64,000 nt of DNA, from NCBI RefSeq assembly GCF_006345805.1, contig NC_042999.1, forward strand, positions 22,506,001 through 22,570,000, written 5' to 3'. The translations under genes were made by a program, and so were the position numbers. The notes under the pieces were generated by a model. It had not been told where the DNA came from. It saw nothing but the letters and a program-made list of their open reading frames with translations, and did not search any database. Below, piece by piece: positions 10,780 through 22,838 of this stretch. Source of the stretch: Octopus sinensis. Taxonomy: Eukaryota. Position 1 is the first letter of the stretch. The number at the start of each line of letters is the position of its first letter.

Positions 10780-11195
10780 TATTTCTTTACTACCCACAAG
10801 GGGCTAAACACAGAGAGGACAAACAAGGACAGACAAACGGATTAAGACGATTATATCGACCCCAGAGCATAACCGGTACTTATTTAATCGACCCCGAAAG
10901 GATGAAAGGCAAAGTTGACCTCGGTGGAATTTGAACTCAGAACGTAGCTGCAGACGAAATACCTATTTCTTTACTACCCACAAGGGGCTAAACACAGAGA
11001 GGACAAACAAGGACAGACAAACGGATTAAGTCGATTATATCGACCCCAGTGCATAACTGGTACTTATTTAATCGACCCCGAAAGGAGGAAAGGCAAAGTC
11101 GACCTCGGCGGAATTTGAAATCAGAACGTAACGGTAGACGAAATACTGCTAAGCATCTCGCCCGGCGTGCTAACGATTCTGCCAGCTCGCCGCTT
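10780..11195 (-). mobile_element. SINE-B tandem dimer
   Basis: Two units joined at GAAATACCTATTTCTTTACT. Confidence 0.85.
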
Positions 11196-11231
11196 TCTGA
11201 TGTTCGTGATACAGTCTAGTAAATTTAGTAT

Positions 11232-12245
11232 ATATCATCATCATCATCCTAGTCAGGTGCCACTCTATGCGATGCTGTGGTCATTACGATGTCTTGCCAC
11301 CTTCTCCCGTCCTCTACCCCATGGACAGCTGAGAATAAAGACAATCCTGTGGCTGCGATGTCTTTCAGCCAAGAAGTGGGTGGTCTGCCTCTTTTACGTC
11401 TGCCGTTCACCTTGCCAATTATGATCGTTCACTCAAGTCCATCCCGGTGCATGACGTGGCCAAAGAACCATAGCTTCCGCTTCATGATGTTTCGCCGAAG
11501 CGTCATCTCGCAACCGAGATTTTCTAGTACCCAGTTGTTCATCCTTCTCCCTGTCCACAACACTCTAAGGATTCTGCGGTAACACCACATTTCAAAAGCG
11601 CTCACTCTTTTCTCATCTGCCTTCAACATTGTCCACGACTCGCAACCGTACGTCGCAATAGAGAATGCGGCAGCCCGAAGTAGCCTTATCTTCAGCAGCA
11701 GCAACGTGGAGGCGCAATGGCCCAGTGATTAGTGCAGCGGACTCGCGATCGGAGGATCGTGGTTTCGATTCCCAGACTGGGCATTGTGTGTGTTTATTGA
11801 GCGAAAACACCTAAAGCTCCACGAGGCTCCGGCAGGGTGTGGTAGCGACCCCTGTTGTACTCTTTTGCCACAACTTTCTCTCACTCTTTCTTCCTGTTTC
11901 TTATCCCCGACTTCCTACGCAACCGCTGAGCCTGGATGCGCATTCATCCATCCGTCGATGCTCTCGGTGTCGGGGGTTGACTTGCTTTCTCTTCTGCGGA
12001 TCTTACGAATAGCAAAGGACCACGTTTCGGACTCCTCCCACTACTAGGACGAAGACCGCTTCGCTCAACCAACAAACAAACAAACAAACAGCATTGACAC
12101 GCCACGACTCTTCCAGATGTTCTCCATATCTTGTACCGCTTGTCTCGCTATCACGAGCCTTCTCCGTATCTCTGGTGTACTTGATCCACTGGTGCTGATT
12201 GTGGATCCCAAGTACACAAAATCATCCACTTGCATATACCTATGC
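11232..12245 (-). mobile_element. RTE-clade LINE 3' end, interrupted by a SINE
   Basis: QVDDFVYLGSTIST…EIRRRL…IWKSRGVS (12245-12095) continues as LKIRLLRAAAFSIATYGCESWT…FEMWCYRRILRV…FFGHVMHRDGLE*TIIIGKVNGRRKRGRP, the typical RTE/BovB C-terminus, and ends in a (GAT)n tail. Confidence 0.9.
11706..12090 (+). mobile_element. SINE family C, long form with a (CAAA)n tail
   Basis: tRNA-like head GGAGGCGCAATGGCCCAGTGATTAG…GGTTTCGATTCCC; it splits the RTE reading frame. Confidence 0.85.
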
Positions 12246-12567
12246 ATAATTCGAGATGCATTAATAAAGATAAGTTTAAATTAACATGTAACATCTTCAT
12301 TAACGCCGCCACTGAATTTATGACGTTTATATTACCTACGACATATTCTATATCTTTCAGCTAGAGTGTAGTTGGGTCTCAAGGGGGTGGTACAAACCTT
12401 GCAATATGTATATCATAGTGAAAACAAAATTTCCATTCAAATGGTAATTACCAGACGATTTCTGACCATTTTAAGTCGTAGTGGAAACGCGACCTATATC
12501 GCAAATAGGCATACGGATATTGTATAAATTCTATGATTGAAAAATTTACTGTGGCTGTGTGGTAAGT

Positions 12568-12950
12568 ATAGGCGCAGGAGTGGCTGTGTGGTAAGCAGCT
12601 TGCTTACCAACCACATAGTACCGGGTTCAGTCCCACTGCGTGACACCTTGGACAAGTGTCTTCTACTATAGCCTCGAGGCGACCAAAGCCTTGTGAGTGG
12701 ATTTGGTAGACGGAAACTGAAAGAAGCCCGTCGTATGTGTGTGTGTGTGTATATATGTTTGTGTGTCTGTGTCCCCCCGCTCCTCAAAAAAAAATCGCTT
12801 GACAACCGATGGTGGTGTATTTACGTCCTCCAGTCCACTCAACTGGCAAAAATAAGTACTCCTGCGATGGACTAGCGTCCCGTCCAGGTGGCGAATTTAT
12901 ACGCCACGGAAATCGGGAAACCGGCCCTTATGAGTCTTTATGTCTAGGGA
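12568..12950 (+). mobile_element. SINE-A 5' part joined to a C/D-type tail
   Basis: AGGCGCAGGAGTGGCTGTGTGG head, then GACTAGCGTCCCGTCCAGG…GGAAACCGGCCCTTATGAG tail. Confidence 0.7.
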
Positions 12951-13069
12951 AGGAACTTTACTACTCATTATATCTGGGAGGTTCGTGGCAGAATCTTCAG
13001 GGAGGCTTCCTCTCCATAGCGTCCTATCAGAAACAACCTGGGTTCTCATTCCTAAGGTATTTTTCGATG

Positions 13070-13084
13070 TTGTTATTATTATTA

Positions 13085-13141
<57 letters not shown>

Positions 13142-13201
13142 TCACTGTCTGGAATCGAACTCGAAATCTTAGGATTCCGCGCTCTTAACTTCCATGCCAT
13201 A

Positions 13202-13290
<89 letters not shown>

Positions 13291-13295
13291 TAATA
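13070..13295. repeat. (ATT)n and (AAT)n microsatellites
   Basis: Two long trinucleotide arrays in opposite orientation. Confidence 0.95.
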
Positions 13296-13344
13296 TAAAA
13301 AATAAAATAATCAAAGAACTGAATGTACACAATTCCTCATCGCT

Positions 13345-13800
13345 TACTCTTTACTCTTTTTACTCGTTTCAGTCATTTAACTGCGGCCATGCTGGAGCAC
13401 CGACTTTAGTCGAACAAAGCGACCCCAGGACTTATTCTTTGGAAGCCTAGTACTTTTTCTATCGTTTTCTTTTGCCGAACTACTAAGTTACAGGGACGTA
13501 AACACACCACCATTGGTTGTCAAGCGATGTTGGTAGGGGGGCGGGGACAAACACAGACACACAAACATATACACACACACACATATATATACGTATACAT
13601 ATATACGACGGGCTTCTTTCAGTTTCCGTATACCAAATCCACTCACAAGGCTTTGGTCGGTCCGAGGCTATAGTAGAAGGCACTTGCCCAAGGTGCCACG
13701 CAGTGGGAATGAACCCGGAACCATGTGGCTGTTAATCAAGCTAATTACCACACAGCCACTCCTGCGCCTATACTTACCACACAGCCACTCCTGCGCCTGT
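13345..13800 (-). mobile_element. SINE family A, full length
   Basis: Complete element with a duplicated 5' 25-mer at 13745-13798. Confidence 0.9.
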
Positions 13801-14077
13801 ATTTACTACATATCCAATCCTAGCATAGAAATATGCTACAAGCCAGTTTGATTTATTTCTCTTGGATCTTGTTTCATTTATACAAATTGTCTGAACGATA
13901 CATTTTTTCTGCTCTTTTTTGAATATATTTAAGTGTTTTGCTCGCTGAAGGTAAAGTAGGATAATTGCTGTGCTGTGGACGCCTGCTGGGGTAGAAACAC
14001 GTCGACAGCTATCCTCTTATTTTCCGTAGTGGTATGTCAAATTTGGAGAATTATAAATTCATTTGGAATAGACAGAC

Positions 14078-14156
<79 letters not shown>

Positions 14157-14158
<2 letters not shown>

Positions 14159-14560
14159 TGTTTCTTTATTAGCCACACAGGGCTGCACACAGACAGAACA
14201 AATTACAAGGTAGAGCTTTTTTGGGTGGGGTAAAAAAAAGGGGGGTTGGTTTTCGATCAAAAGGGATCGTAAAAGGAAAGAAAGAGGACAAAAAAAGGGG
14301 AGGATTTAAAAAATAGGGGGGGAGAGGGAAAAAAAAGAAAAGGGGAGAGGAAAAAAAAAAGGTGAACAATAGGGATCGTAATCACAGAAATGTCAATATG
14401 AAGTGTAAAGGGATAAAATACAAAGTAGAGCTTTTCTTTTTTGGGAAGAAGAGAAGGGAGAAAAAAAGGGGGGGAAATTCCGATGAAAAGGGGTCGTGAA
14501 AAGAAAAAAAAAGTGGAGGGCGAATTCCGATCAAAAGGGATCTTGATAAAAAAAAATATG
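14157..14560 (-). mobile_element. 3' end of a non-LTR retrotransposon abutting (GATA)n, copy 2
   Basis: Homologous to 2790-3095, with the same 3' end next to (TATC)n. Confidence 0.6.
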
Positions 14561-14769
14561 GATAGATAGATTGATTGATTGATTGATTGATGGGTGGAAG
14601 CAAAAATTTCAGAGTTGTATATGTGTGTGCTCGCGCGCGCGTGTAAGTGTGCGCGTGTGTGAGCGCGTGCCTGGTAGTGCGCTTACTTTTGTGCGGTCCG
14701 TTTTAAGATAAGAACTTTGAAATTAATAGCTGCTTCTGTCACTCGCTGCCAAAATAATCAGCATCAACA

Positions 14770-14794
14770 CCAACACCATCGTCATCGTCATCAA

Positions 14795-14839
<45 letters not shown>

Positions 14840-14987
14840 TATCATCACGCATCTGTTGTTGTTGCTGCTGCTACTGCTACTACTACTACTACTACCACTA
14901 CTACTACTACTACTTCTACAACTACTACTACTACTACCACTACTACTACGACTACTACTACTACCACTACTACTACGACTACTACTA

Positions 14988-15029
<42 letters not shown>

Positions 15030-15039
15030 TTACAACTAT

Positions 15040-15078
<39 letters not shown>

Positions 15079-15135
15079 AACAACTACTGCTACTACTACT
15101 ACTATTACTACTACTACTTCTGCAACTACTGCCGC
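14770..15135. repeat. (CAT)n/(ACT)n compound microsatellite
   Basis: Source of the poly-H, poly-T, poly-L, poly-S and poly-V pseudo-ORFs. Confidence 0.95.
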
Positions 15136-15611
15136 TTCCAACAAACACCACACCCAATTTCGATACCAAAAATCACTCTCGCCAAACCCTGCCAACCCCG
15201 ATACCCCCCACCTCCCCCCTCGCCCCCCCACCTCACCCCCAAAAAATTACTACACCTTTCCTCCACCTCCTCCACTTCCTCTTCTTGCTTATACCTCTTA
15301 CCGCTCCCCTCTTTGTTATTCTTAAACATCGTTGTCATAGCCCGTCTGTTGTTCCTACTTTTCTTAATGCCTTTCTTTTTCTATCTCATTTTCGCTCTTA
15401 CTCTTTGGTAGTACTGCAGTTGTTCTTGTTGTTGTTGTTGTTGTTGTTATTATTGTTGTTGTTGTTGCTACTGCTGCTGCTGCTGCTGTTTTGTTGCTTG
15501 CGGTGGTGGTAGTGGTGGTGTTTGTGAGTTAGCTTATAGATGATAAAAGTTAGTTAGTTAGTTCTCAGCAGTTGGTGGGTATATACCCCTATACGTACAT
15601 GATACATCAAC

Positions 15612-15695
15612 ATGGTGTACACAGGGAAGAACATTATTATTATCAGCATTCTACTGCTGCCTCTCCTCGGATTTTTCACATTCTCATCAGCTCAG
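15612..15695 (+). CDS. Candidate first coding exon encoding a signal peptide (MVYTGKNIIIISILLLPLLGFFTFSSAQ)
   Basis: CAACATGG start context with an in-frame upstream TGA. It has an n-region (K), a 15-residue hydrophobic h-region, an S-S-A|Q cleavage-type end and a CAG|GTAGTG donor. A possible acceptor lies at TTCTCAG (~15568). Confidence 0.55.
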
Positions 15696-15869
15696 GTAGT
15701 GTACAGATTCATTTATTTGCACACACACACACATATATATATATTTTTATATAACTGCATGTATGTATGTACAATTGGTTCTTAAGATTATCCCCCCCGA
15801 CTCACTTGGAGTTGGTACGAATTGTCTGGTTCGAAATTTCCACAGGACACCTAATGAAGGCTCCGTTAC

Positions 15870-16222
15870 GTTGTGAGTTCAAATTCCGCCGAGGTCGACT
15901 TTGCCTTTCATCCTTTCGGGGTCGATAAATTAAGTACCAATTACGCACTGGGGTCGATGTAATCGACTTAATACCTATGTCTGTCCTTGTTTGTCCCCTC
16001 TGTGTTTAGCCCCTTGTGGGTAGTAAAGAAATAGGTATTTCGTCTGTCTTTACGGTCTGAGTTCAAATTCCGCCGAGGTCGACTTTGCCTTTCATCCTTT
16101 CGGGGTCGATAAATTAAGTACTCGTTACGCACTGGGGTCGATGTAATCGACTTAATACCTATGTCTGTCCTTGTTTGTCTCCCTCTGTGTTTAGCCCCTT
16201 GTGGGTAGTAAAGAAATAGGTA
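15870..16222 (+). mobile_element. SINE-B tandem dimer, 5'-truncated
   Basis: Two units joined at AGTAAAGAAATAGGTATTTCGTC. Confidence 0.85.
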
Positions 16223-16242
16223 TAGCAGCCGAAACGGGCATG

Positions 16243-16503
16243 GGTACTACTTGAGAACAGTGGTCCCGGTGCGCGCACTCGCCTCGTCGCGCATCCGCGC
16301 TAGCTAGTCGTGACTAGTCGATCCTACAACGACTACCTAGCAAAGTAAATAAAACACAAAATAAATCATTTTTTTTTACACAAAGTAAATAATTTTTGTT
16401 AAACAAAGTAAATAACACACACAAACACAAAGTAAGGATCGACTAGCGCGGATGCACGAATATGCGAGTGCGCGCACCTGGACCCCTGTTCTCAAGTAAT
16501 ACC
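16243..16503. mobile_element. MITE with long GC-rich TIRs (GGTACTACTTGAGAACAG…), uninterrupted copy
   Basis: Imperfect TIRs of about 60-70 bp around an AT-rich spacer with ACAAAGTAA repeats. A second copy is at 52059-52764. Confidence 0.85.
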
Positions 16504-16553
16504 TATGTATGTATCTATGTATGTATGTATGTATGTATGTATGTATGTATGTA

Positions 16554-16778
16554 CAGGAGGTGGTGCCGAAAAGTTTCTGGCTTTGAGTGAAAGAAATAAC
16601 AGAAAGGGTCAGTTAGTTGTGATTTTATACTACATGTTCCCCTCCTAAATTCGTACATTTATTGCAGCGGTCCTTCAGTTTTTTCTAAACCCTGTAAAAG
16701 AACTCGGAAGGTTGGGCCTCCGACACAAACCTCTCTGCGATACCCTTTAAGACCAGGAAATTTTTCAGCATCCCCTCC
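16554..16778. mobile_element. Mariner-type MITE
   Basis: TA|CAGGAGGTGGTGCCGAAAAGTTTCTGGCTT … AAGACCAGGAAATTTTTCAGCATCCCCTCC|TA, i.e. imperfect TIRs with a TA TSD. Confidence 0.7.
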
Positions 16779-16907
16779 TAGACACACAGATAGTTAGATA
16801 GATAGATAGATAGATACATACATACATACATACATACATACATACACACATAGACAGACAGACAGGCAGACAGGCAGACAGGCAGACAGACAGACAGACA
16901 GACAGAC

Positions 16908-16944
<37 letters not shown>

Positions 16945-17664
16945 TTCAGTTGCACCGTTCGCAGAATCAAGGTATTTCAACGTGTAGGAGGCCAGAAAAG
17001 ACCGAATACCTGTCTTTCAGTATTCAGTTGTCGTTTGTTGGCTGAGTACTGCAACTATGTACATATACATCTTAACGTCTATCCGTATATAATTACACAT
17101 AGATAAATGCATATTAACATATATAGATACCCGAGGTACATGACTGAATACAAACTGCAGATCCAGCTGGGGCAATTTCAGCATATGTACAAAAGAACAT
17201 GGGATTTTAAATTTACGACAGCTGTTTGGGTAGAACTTTATTGATGTATTCATGGATTATATCATAGCAAAATCCCACTATCTACAGGTAAAATTTTAGA
17301 CAGGTATAAATAAACAGGTGAGGTAAAACCTTAACGATGACATATTCGACAAATAACGTTATAACGTTGTTATGGTACCTGGCCAGTTCTGCCGTCCTAC
17401 ATGCTAATGAACTTAGACTCTAATGAATACAACTAATACACACACAAACAGACACACACGCGCGCGCGCGCGCATAAATATTATTTAATTGGCAGGAGTT
17501 ACTAAATGACACAAGACCCGAGATACATTGAGCCGAATATTTGACTGGTACTTATTTTATCGACCCCCAAAAGGGTAAGAGGCTAAATCGATTCCAACCG
17601 AAGTTTGCGGTCGACAACATATATATATATATATATATACATACACACACACGTGTATATATAT

Positions 17665-17737
<73 letters not shown>

Positions 17738-17966
17738 ATGTATGCATGCATGCATACATACATACATACATACATACATACATACATACATACACATATT
17801 ATTTTTGCTCTATACACAAGGCCTTGAAAATTTCTGAGGAAGGGCACTAGTCGATTATATCGACCCCAGTCAGTGCTTGACTGGTACACTTTTCATCGAC
17901 CCCGAAACGATGAAAGACAAAGTTGACCTCGGCGGAATTTGAACTCTAAGCATTTCGCCCGGCGTG

Positions 17967-18006
<40 letters not shown>

Positions 18007-18329
18007 ATAATATTATATATATTTATACATCCACACACACACACACACACGTGCACAGAGCAAAGTGCATAACTAGTCTGGTTAACCTCACCCACACATA
18101 TACCCCGACCTTTTTTTTTCTTCGTAACTTTTCTTTTAAATTTATATTTTAAAATGAAAATTTTGCTGATATACATTCTTGGCGGTGGTGTAGATTACAG
18201 TTCTGTTAATAACAATATTGGAGGTGGCAGGAATAAACGAAAACTTGGCGCTATTTTGGGTTTTTATTTATGCTATATAAATGAAATATGTGACATTGAA
18301 AATGTGTGTCTGGTGCAAAATTTCATATA

Positions 18330-18481
18330 AAAAATGTGCGTGGTTGTATGGTAAAATGTTTGTGTTCCCAACCAACCACGTGGTTCCGGGTTCAGTCCAA
18401 CGGAAGTGCCTTCTGATATAGCTTCGGTTTGACCAAAGCCCTATGAGTGGGTTTGGCAGATGGAAACTGAAAGAAACTCGT

Positions 18482-18512
<31 letters not shown>

Positions 18513-18910
18513 TGACCTGCTCGCTTAGCCAGCGGGTTGGCATCATTTGAAGGCTAAAACAATGCGAAGCGCATTGTGACCAGCGATGTGTAGCAACATC
18601 TGATAGCCTGGGCGGTCACGTGATCACGTGATATATATGTATGTGTGTGGGGGGAGTAGGTACATGTGTATGCATGTATGTATGTATAGATAAGTAGAGA
18701 GATAGATGTGTGTGTGGGGGGGTGTCATCGCCGTTTGAAAGCGGTGTTGGTTTGTTTACGTTCCTGAGAGTTAGTTGTTCGGTAAAATAGGTCGATAGAG
18801 TAACTACCAGGCTTTAACAAAAATAAGTATTAGGATCGATTCGTTCCACCGAAAATTCTTCAAGGTGATGCCCCCAGCATGGCCGCAATCCAATGACTGA
18901 AACAAATAAA
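18330..18910 (+). mobile_element. Diverged SINE-A interrupted by a C/D-type SINE tail (18528-18632)
   Basis: Head at 18335, GGAAACTGAAAGAA core, inserted GGCATCATTTGAAGGCTAAAACAATGCGAAGCGCATTGTGACC tail, then an A-type tail at 18865-18910. Confidence 0.65.
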
Positions 18911-19109
18911 GGATTTATATAAGATAAAAGATTTTACAGGAAGTTATAATAAGAAACTTAGTAATAAACGGGTCACCAATCTGTACCTATGCCTCGTAAA
19001 AACTTTAGTTTTTTTTGTTTTTTGTTTTGTTTTAATGCAATTAAAACAAAATAATAAACTGTCCTTGTAATGTCCACCTCTCTGATGCCTCTGTGATAAA
19101 TAAAGAAAC

Positions 19110-19116
19110 TAGCATC

Positions 19117-19148
<32 letters not shown>

Positions 19149-19163
19149 CATTATTATTATTAT

Positions 19164-19222
<59 letters not shown>

Positions 19223-19223
19223 A

Positions 19224-19287
<64 letters not shown>
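19110..19287. repeat. (CAT)/(ATT)/(AGT)n compound microsatellite
   Basis: Seen directly. Confidence 0.95.
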
Positions 19288-19288
<1 letters not shown>

Positions 19289-19554
19289 TTATTATCAGGG
19301 CGGGATCCTTAGTACGTCGGGTAAGATGCCTAGCGACATTGCGTCCGTCTTTACGTTCTGTGTTCCAATTCCACCAAGGTCGACTTCGCCTTTATTCCTT
19401 TCGGGGTCGATAAGGATAGGTACCAGTTGAGTACTGCGGGTCAATATAATCGACTTAACCCCCTCCAACGAAATTGCTGGCCTTGTACCAAAATTTGTAA
19501 CAGACCGCTGAAATCTACAGTTTTTTGTTTTCGTTCTCTCTCTCTCTTTATTTT

Positions 19555-19685
19555 CTCATATTCCATTCTGCTGAAGAGCGTAGGCTCGAAATGTAAAAGA
19601 CTTTTTCATTTTTCCCGAGCGTCAAGCTAACACTCTTGCTTGTTGTTCATACACCTGTCTTCGTCTTTTGTTTTTCTATAAACTA
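19555..19685 (+). mobile_element. Penelope-like terminal fragment with a hammerhead-like motif
   Basis: CTGCTGA-A-GAGC-GTAG-GCTC-GAAA-T-GTA-AAAGA, then the tail shared with 26190-26345, 45290-45395 and 59545-59640. Confidence 0.5.
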
Positions 19686-20084
19686 CTGCTGCTACTACTA
19701 CCACTACTACTACTATTACTTCTCTATGTATTCATATGTGTGAGCGTGTGTGTATGTGTGTGTATATTTGCGCATTTGCTCACCAGGTCAGCTGTGAACA
19801 TCCGCCTTATGTGCGTACTGAACTAAGGCACCCATTATCCGATAGGTCCTTGTTTTTACTTTATAAGAAAATAAGGTGGGATTTAAAGGTGTGATTTGAG
19901 TGCTATTTCTAAATTTTCGAGTGACCGTCTATAGAGACTCGCTCTGTGTATGTGTGTGTGTGTGTGTGTGTGCACGTGTGACCGACTTTTTCCATTAGCA
20001 TATCTCAATATGTTGCAAGTGTTAGTGTTAGCTTCGGTTCAATGAAGCAGAGCTACAACGAAAGGTATACCAGCCTTGCTGATT

Positions 20085-20750
20085 GTTACCCTTGCAAAGT
20101 CTCTTCTGTTATAGCCCCATGTCGACCAGTGCCTTATGAGTAAATTTAGTCGACGGAAACGGAAACTGTGTAAAGCCCGTCATGAATACATGTATGTGTG
20201 CGTGTGTGTGTGAAAACGTGTTTGTAACACACAGGCACACACGCACCACCACCACTGCTGGCAACCGGTGTTGCTTTGTTTACGTGCCCGTAAGTTAGCG
20301 GCCCGGCAAAAGACATCCATTGAATAAGTACCAGTTTTAGAAACAAAAAATAATAAAAGCAGGAGTGGCTGTGTGTTAAGTAGCTTGCTTACCAACCACA
20401 TGGTTCCGTGTTCATTCCCACTGCGTGGCACCTTGGGCAAGTGTCTTCTACTATAGCTTCGGGCCGACCAAAGCCTTGTGAGTGGATTTGGAAACTGAGA
20501 GAAGCCCGTCGTGTGTGTGTGTATGTGTGTGTGTGTATATGTGTTGTGTTTGTCCTCCAATATCGCTTGACAACCGATGCTGGTGTGTATATGTCCCCGT
20601 AACTTAGCGGTTCGGCAAAAGAGACCGATAGAATAAGTACTAGGCTTACAAAGAATAAATCCTGGGGTCGATTTGCTCGACTAAAAAAGTTGGTGCTGCT
20701 GCATGGCCACACTCAAATGACTGAAACAAGTAAAAGAGTAAAAGAGATAG
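20085..20750 (+). mobile_element. Two SINE-A copies (partial 20085-20340, full 20358-20750)
   Basis: Head, core and tail matches. Confidence 0.85.
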
Positions 20751-21154
20751 TAAAAGAGTGTAGCGGAAGTGGATCTAGTTAGTTTCATTCGCAAAAGGAG
20801 CCCCTTTTAATTTTCTTCAGATTGCTTTCAATTTTGGTGTATCGATTCAGCTCTGAATTTTGATGACGATCAACCAATTACTTTATCTCGTAAATTAAAG
20901 AATCTGATGTTATTTGGAATTAAAGGTGGGAAATTTGTATAATTTTAACCAATCAACAAACAGCCTGGCATTAGCAGCTTGTTACTTGACAACTTCACGC
21001 TGTGTTGTGTTTCACTTTACCCGTGTCTGTACCGCACGTTGTTCTGTGTTGATTCTTCACACCACAAGATTCTTTTCACCCACGTGTTTTGTGACTTGAA
21101 TGTTAAGTCACTGCAAATATAGCAAAAGTTGTTTGCTATCTTTATACGCAAAAT

Positions 21155-21496
21155 AATTGCAGCGTGGAAGGTGTTTATAAGCCATTTAAAAAAAACACAC
21201 ACAAAAACCGTTATATTCACTTCAACATTTAAATTCAATTTGCCAAAATATTTTTGTTGCTTTGAGACCGCGACCTGTTCACTGACAAAACTCCGTGCTG
21301 CAGCAATTTTGTCAGTGAACAGGTCGCGGTCTCAAAGCGAGGAAAATATTTTGATGAATTAAATTTAAATGTTGAAGTGAATATAACGGTTTTTGTGTGT
21401 TTCTTAAATGGCTTATAAACACCTTCCACGTTGCAATTGTTTTCGTTTCAACACGCGATCTCAGATCAGGTCACTTGCTATGCAAGTACATCTCTG
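21155..21496. mobile_element. Foldback/MITE (CAGAGATGTAC-end family) with a ~280-bp hairpin
   Basis: Arms 21155-21285 and 21305-21438 are near-perfect inverted repeats, and the element ends …GTACATCTCTG|TA. Relatives are at 24337-24568 and 36331-36508. Confidence 0.8.
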
Positions 21497-22039
21497 TAAT
21501 ATTTTTATACAGTTTCTTAACATTATGAAAGTGAATGGAATATGTGAACTTAGTACACAACCGCACACCTACACCTAAAACACAGTGCTGACAAAACATC
21601 TGTGACTCATCGACTCAGTATTGCCAAGCTTCATGGACTCATTGACTAATATAGCTGGATTTATGATTTCACTAGGTTAATTCTATTCATAAGAATGTAA
21701 ATTAGGAGTATTTCTTAAACCGTTAGTTTCACATTTCAACAGTTTAACTAAAATTTAACCCACGAAGCAGGAACTGAGAGATATATCTTGGAATAGAGAA
21801 ACTGTGGGTGATACAGATAATCTGACATTATTTTTGAATTCTGCATGCAAAAACATATGAGATACAGGTATTCTTTTCCTTGGGACAAATCTTTGTTGAC
21901 CAGTGTTATTCTAATCGTAGTTTACAAACCCAAGTATGAAAACGTTACTCAACTTTGGAGTTTTGGAGACAGACGCCCCCTTTTCACACACACATACACA
22001 CATGCACGTATATATATATATATATATTAATGATATACA

Positions 22040-22838
22040 TAAGAAGTTATAGTGGAAGAGTTCACCAATACACCACCAAACAGTCACCATAACCTTCCTT
22101 TTGAAGAGCTCGAATTTAGGGAAGGTTTTCGGTGCTTCGTTTTGGTCCAATCACTGCGAAGAACGTTGTTTATTATTGTACAGAATCCACTGTTCATCGC
22201 AAGTTGCAATACGGTCGAGAAATGGATCAGTTTGGTTATGGAGAAGGAGCGACGAGCAAATTTCATATTTGCGCATTTTCTCATTTTCATTCAAATTCTG
22301 TGGTATCCATTTGTCGAGCTTTTGTGATTTTCCGATCGCATGCAAATGGTTGCAGGCAGTTTTCTGGTTTACTTGAAGTTCTTTTGCCATTTCTCGAGTG
22401 GTTTTACGTGAATCGTTCTCAATGATGGTCTTTAACTGACCGTCATCGATGACAGATTGGCGTCTACTACGCTCACGATGTTCAAGGCTCAGGTCTCGAC
22501 TGCGAAATCGTTTAAACCATTCTCGAGCTGACCACTTACAGGTCATTTCTTCACCAAACGCTTCGTTGATATCGCGAGCAGTTTCAGCTGCTTTACGTCC
22601 TTTTTTTGAAGTTGAATAGCTAAATTGCTCGAATATCGCGCTTTGACTGTTCCATTTCAGAAGATTGTAACAGCGGTGAAAAAAGTACCAATGTTAATTT
22701 ATTGATGCATTTGAGCAAGTCTATGTCTGTATTATCAGACAATTGCAAAAAATATTTTTTTAAAATTCAAATCTCTGCAAAATACCAGGCCAAATTCTTC
22801 ATGGTTCAAAACGTTGCTTACTTTGTACTCAACATAAT
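22040..22838 (-). mobile_element. Mariner (Hsmar1-like) transposon, 5' TIR plus N-terminal transposase pseudogene
   Basis: TIR TA|TTATGTTGAGTACAAAGTAAGC and ATG at 22655. The translation has W-F-x-R-F, a WVPHEL-like WIPQNL, a first-D motif IATCDEQW and KVMVTVWW, with stops and a frameshift. Confidence 0.92.

Noticed and set aside
14717-15512. Long ORFs of 202 and 218 aa (poly-H/T, poly-L)
   Set aside because: They are entirely trinucleotide microsatellite and open in most frames on both strands.
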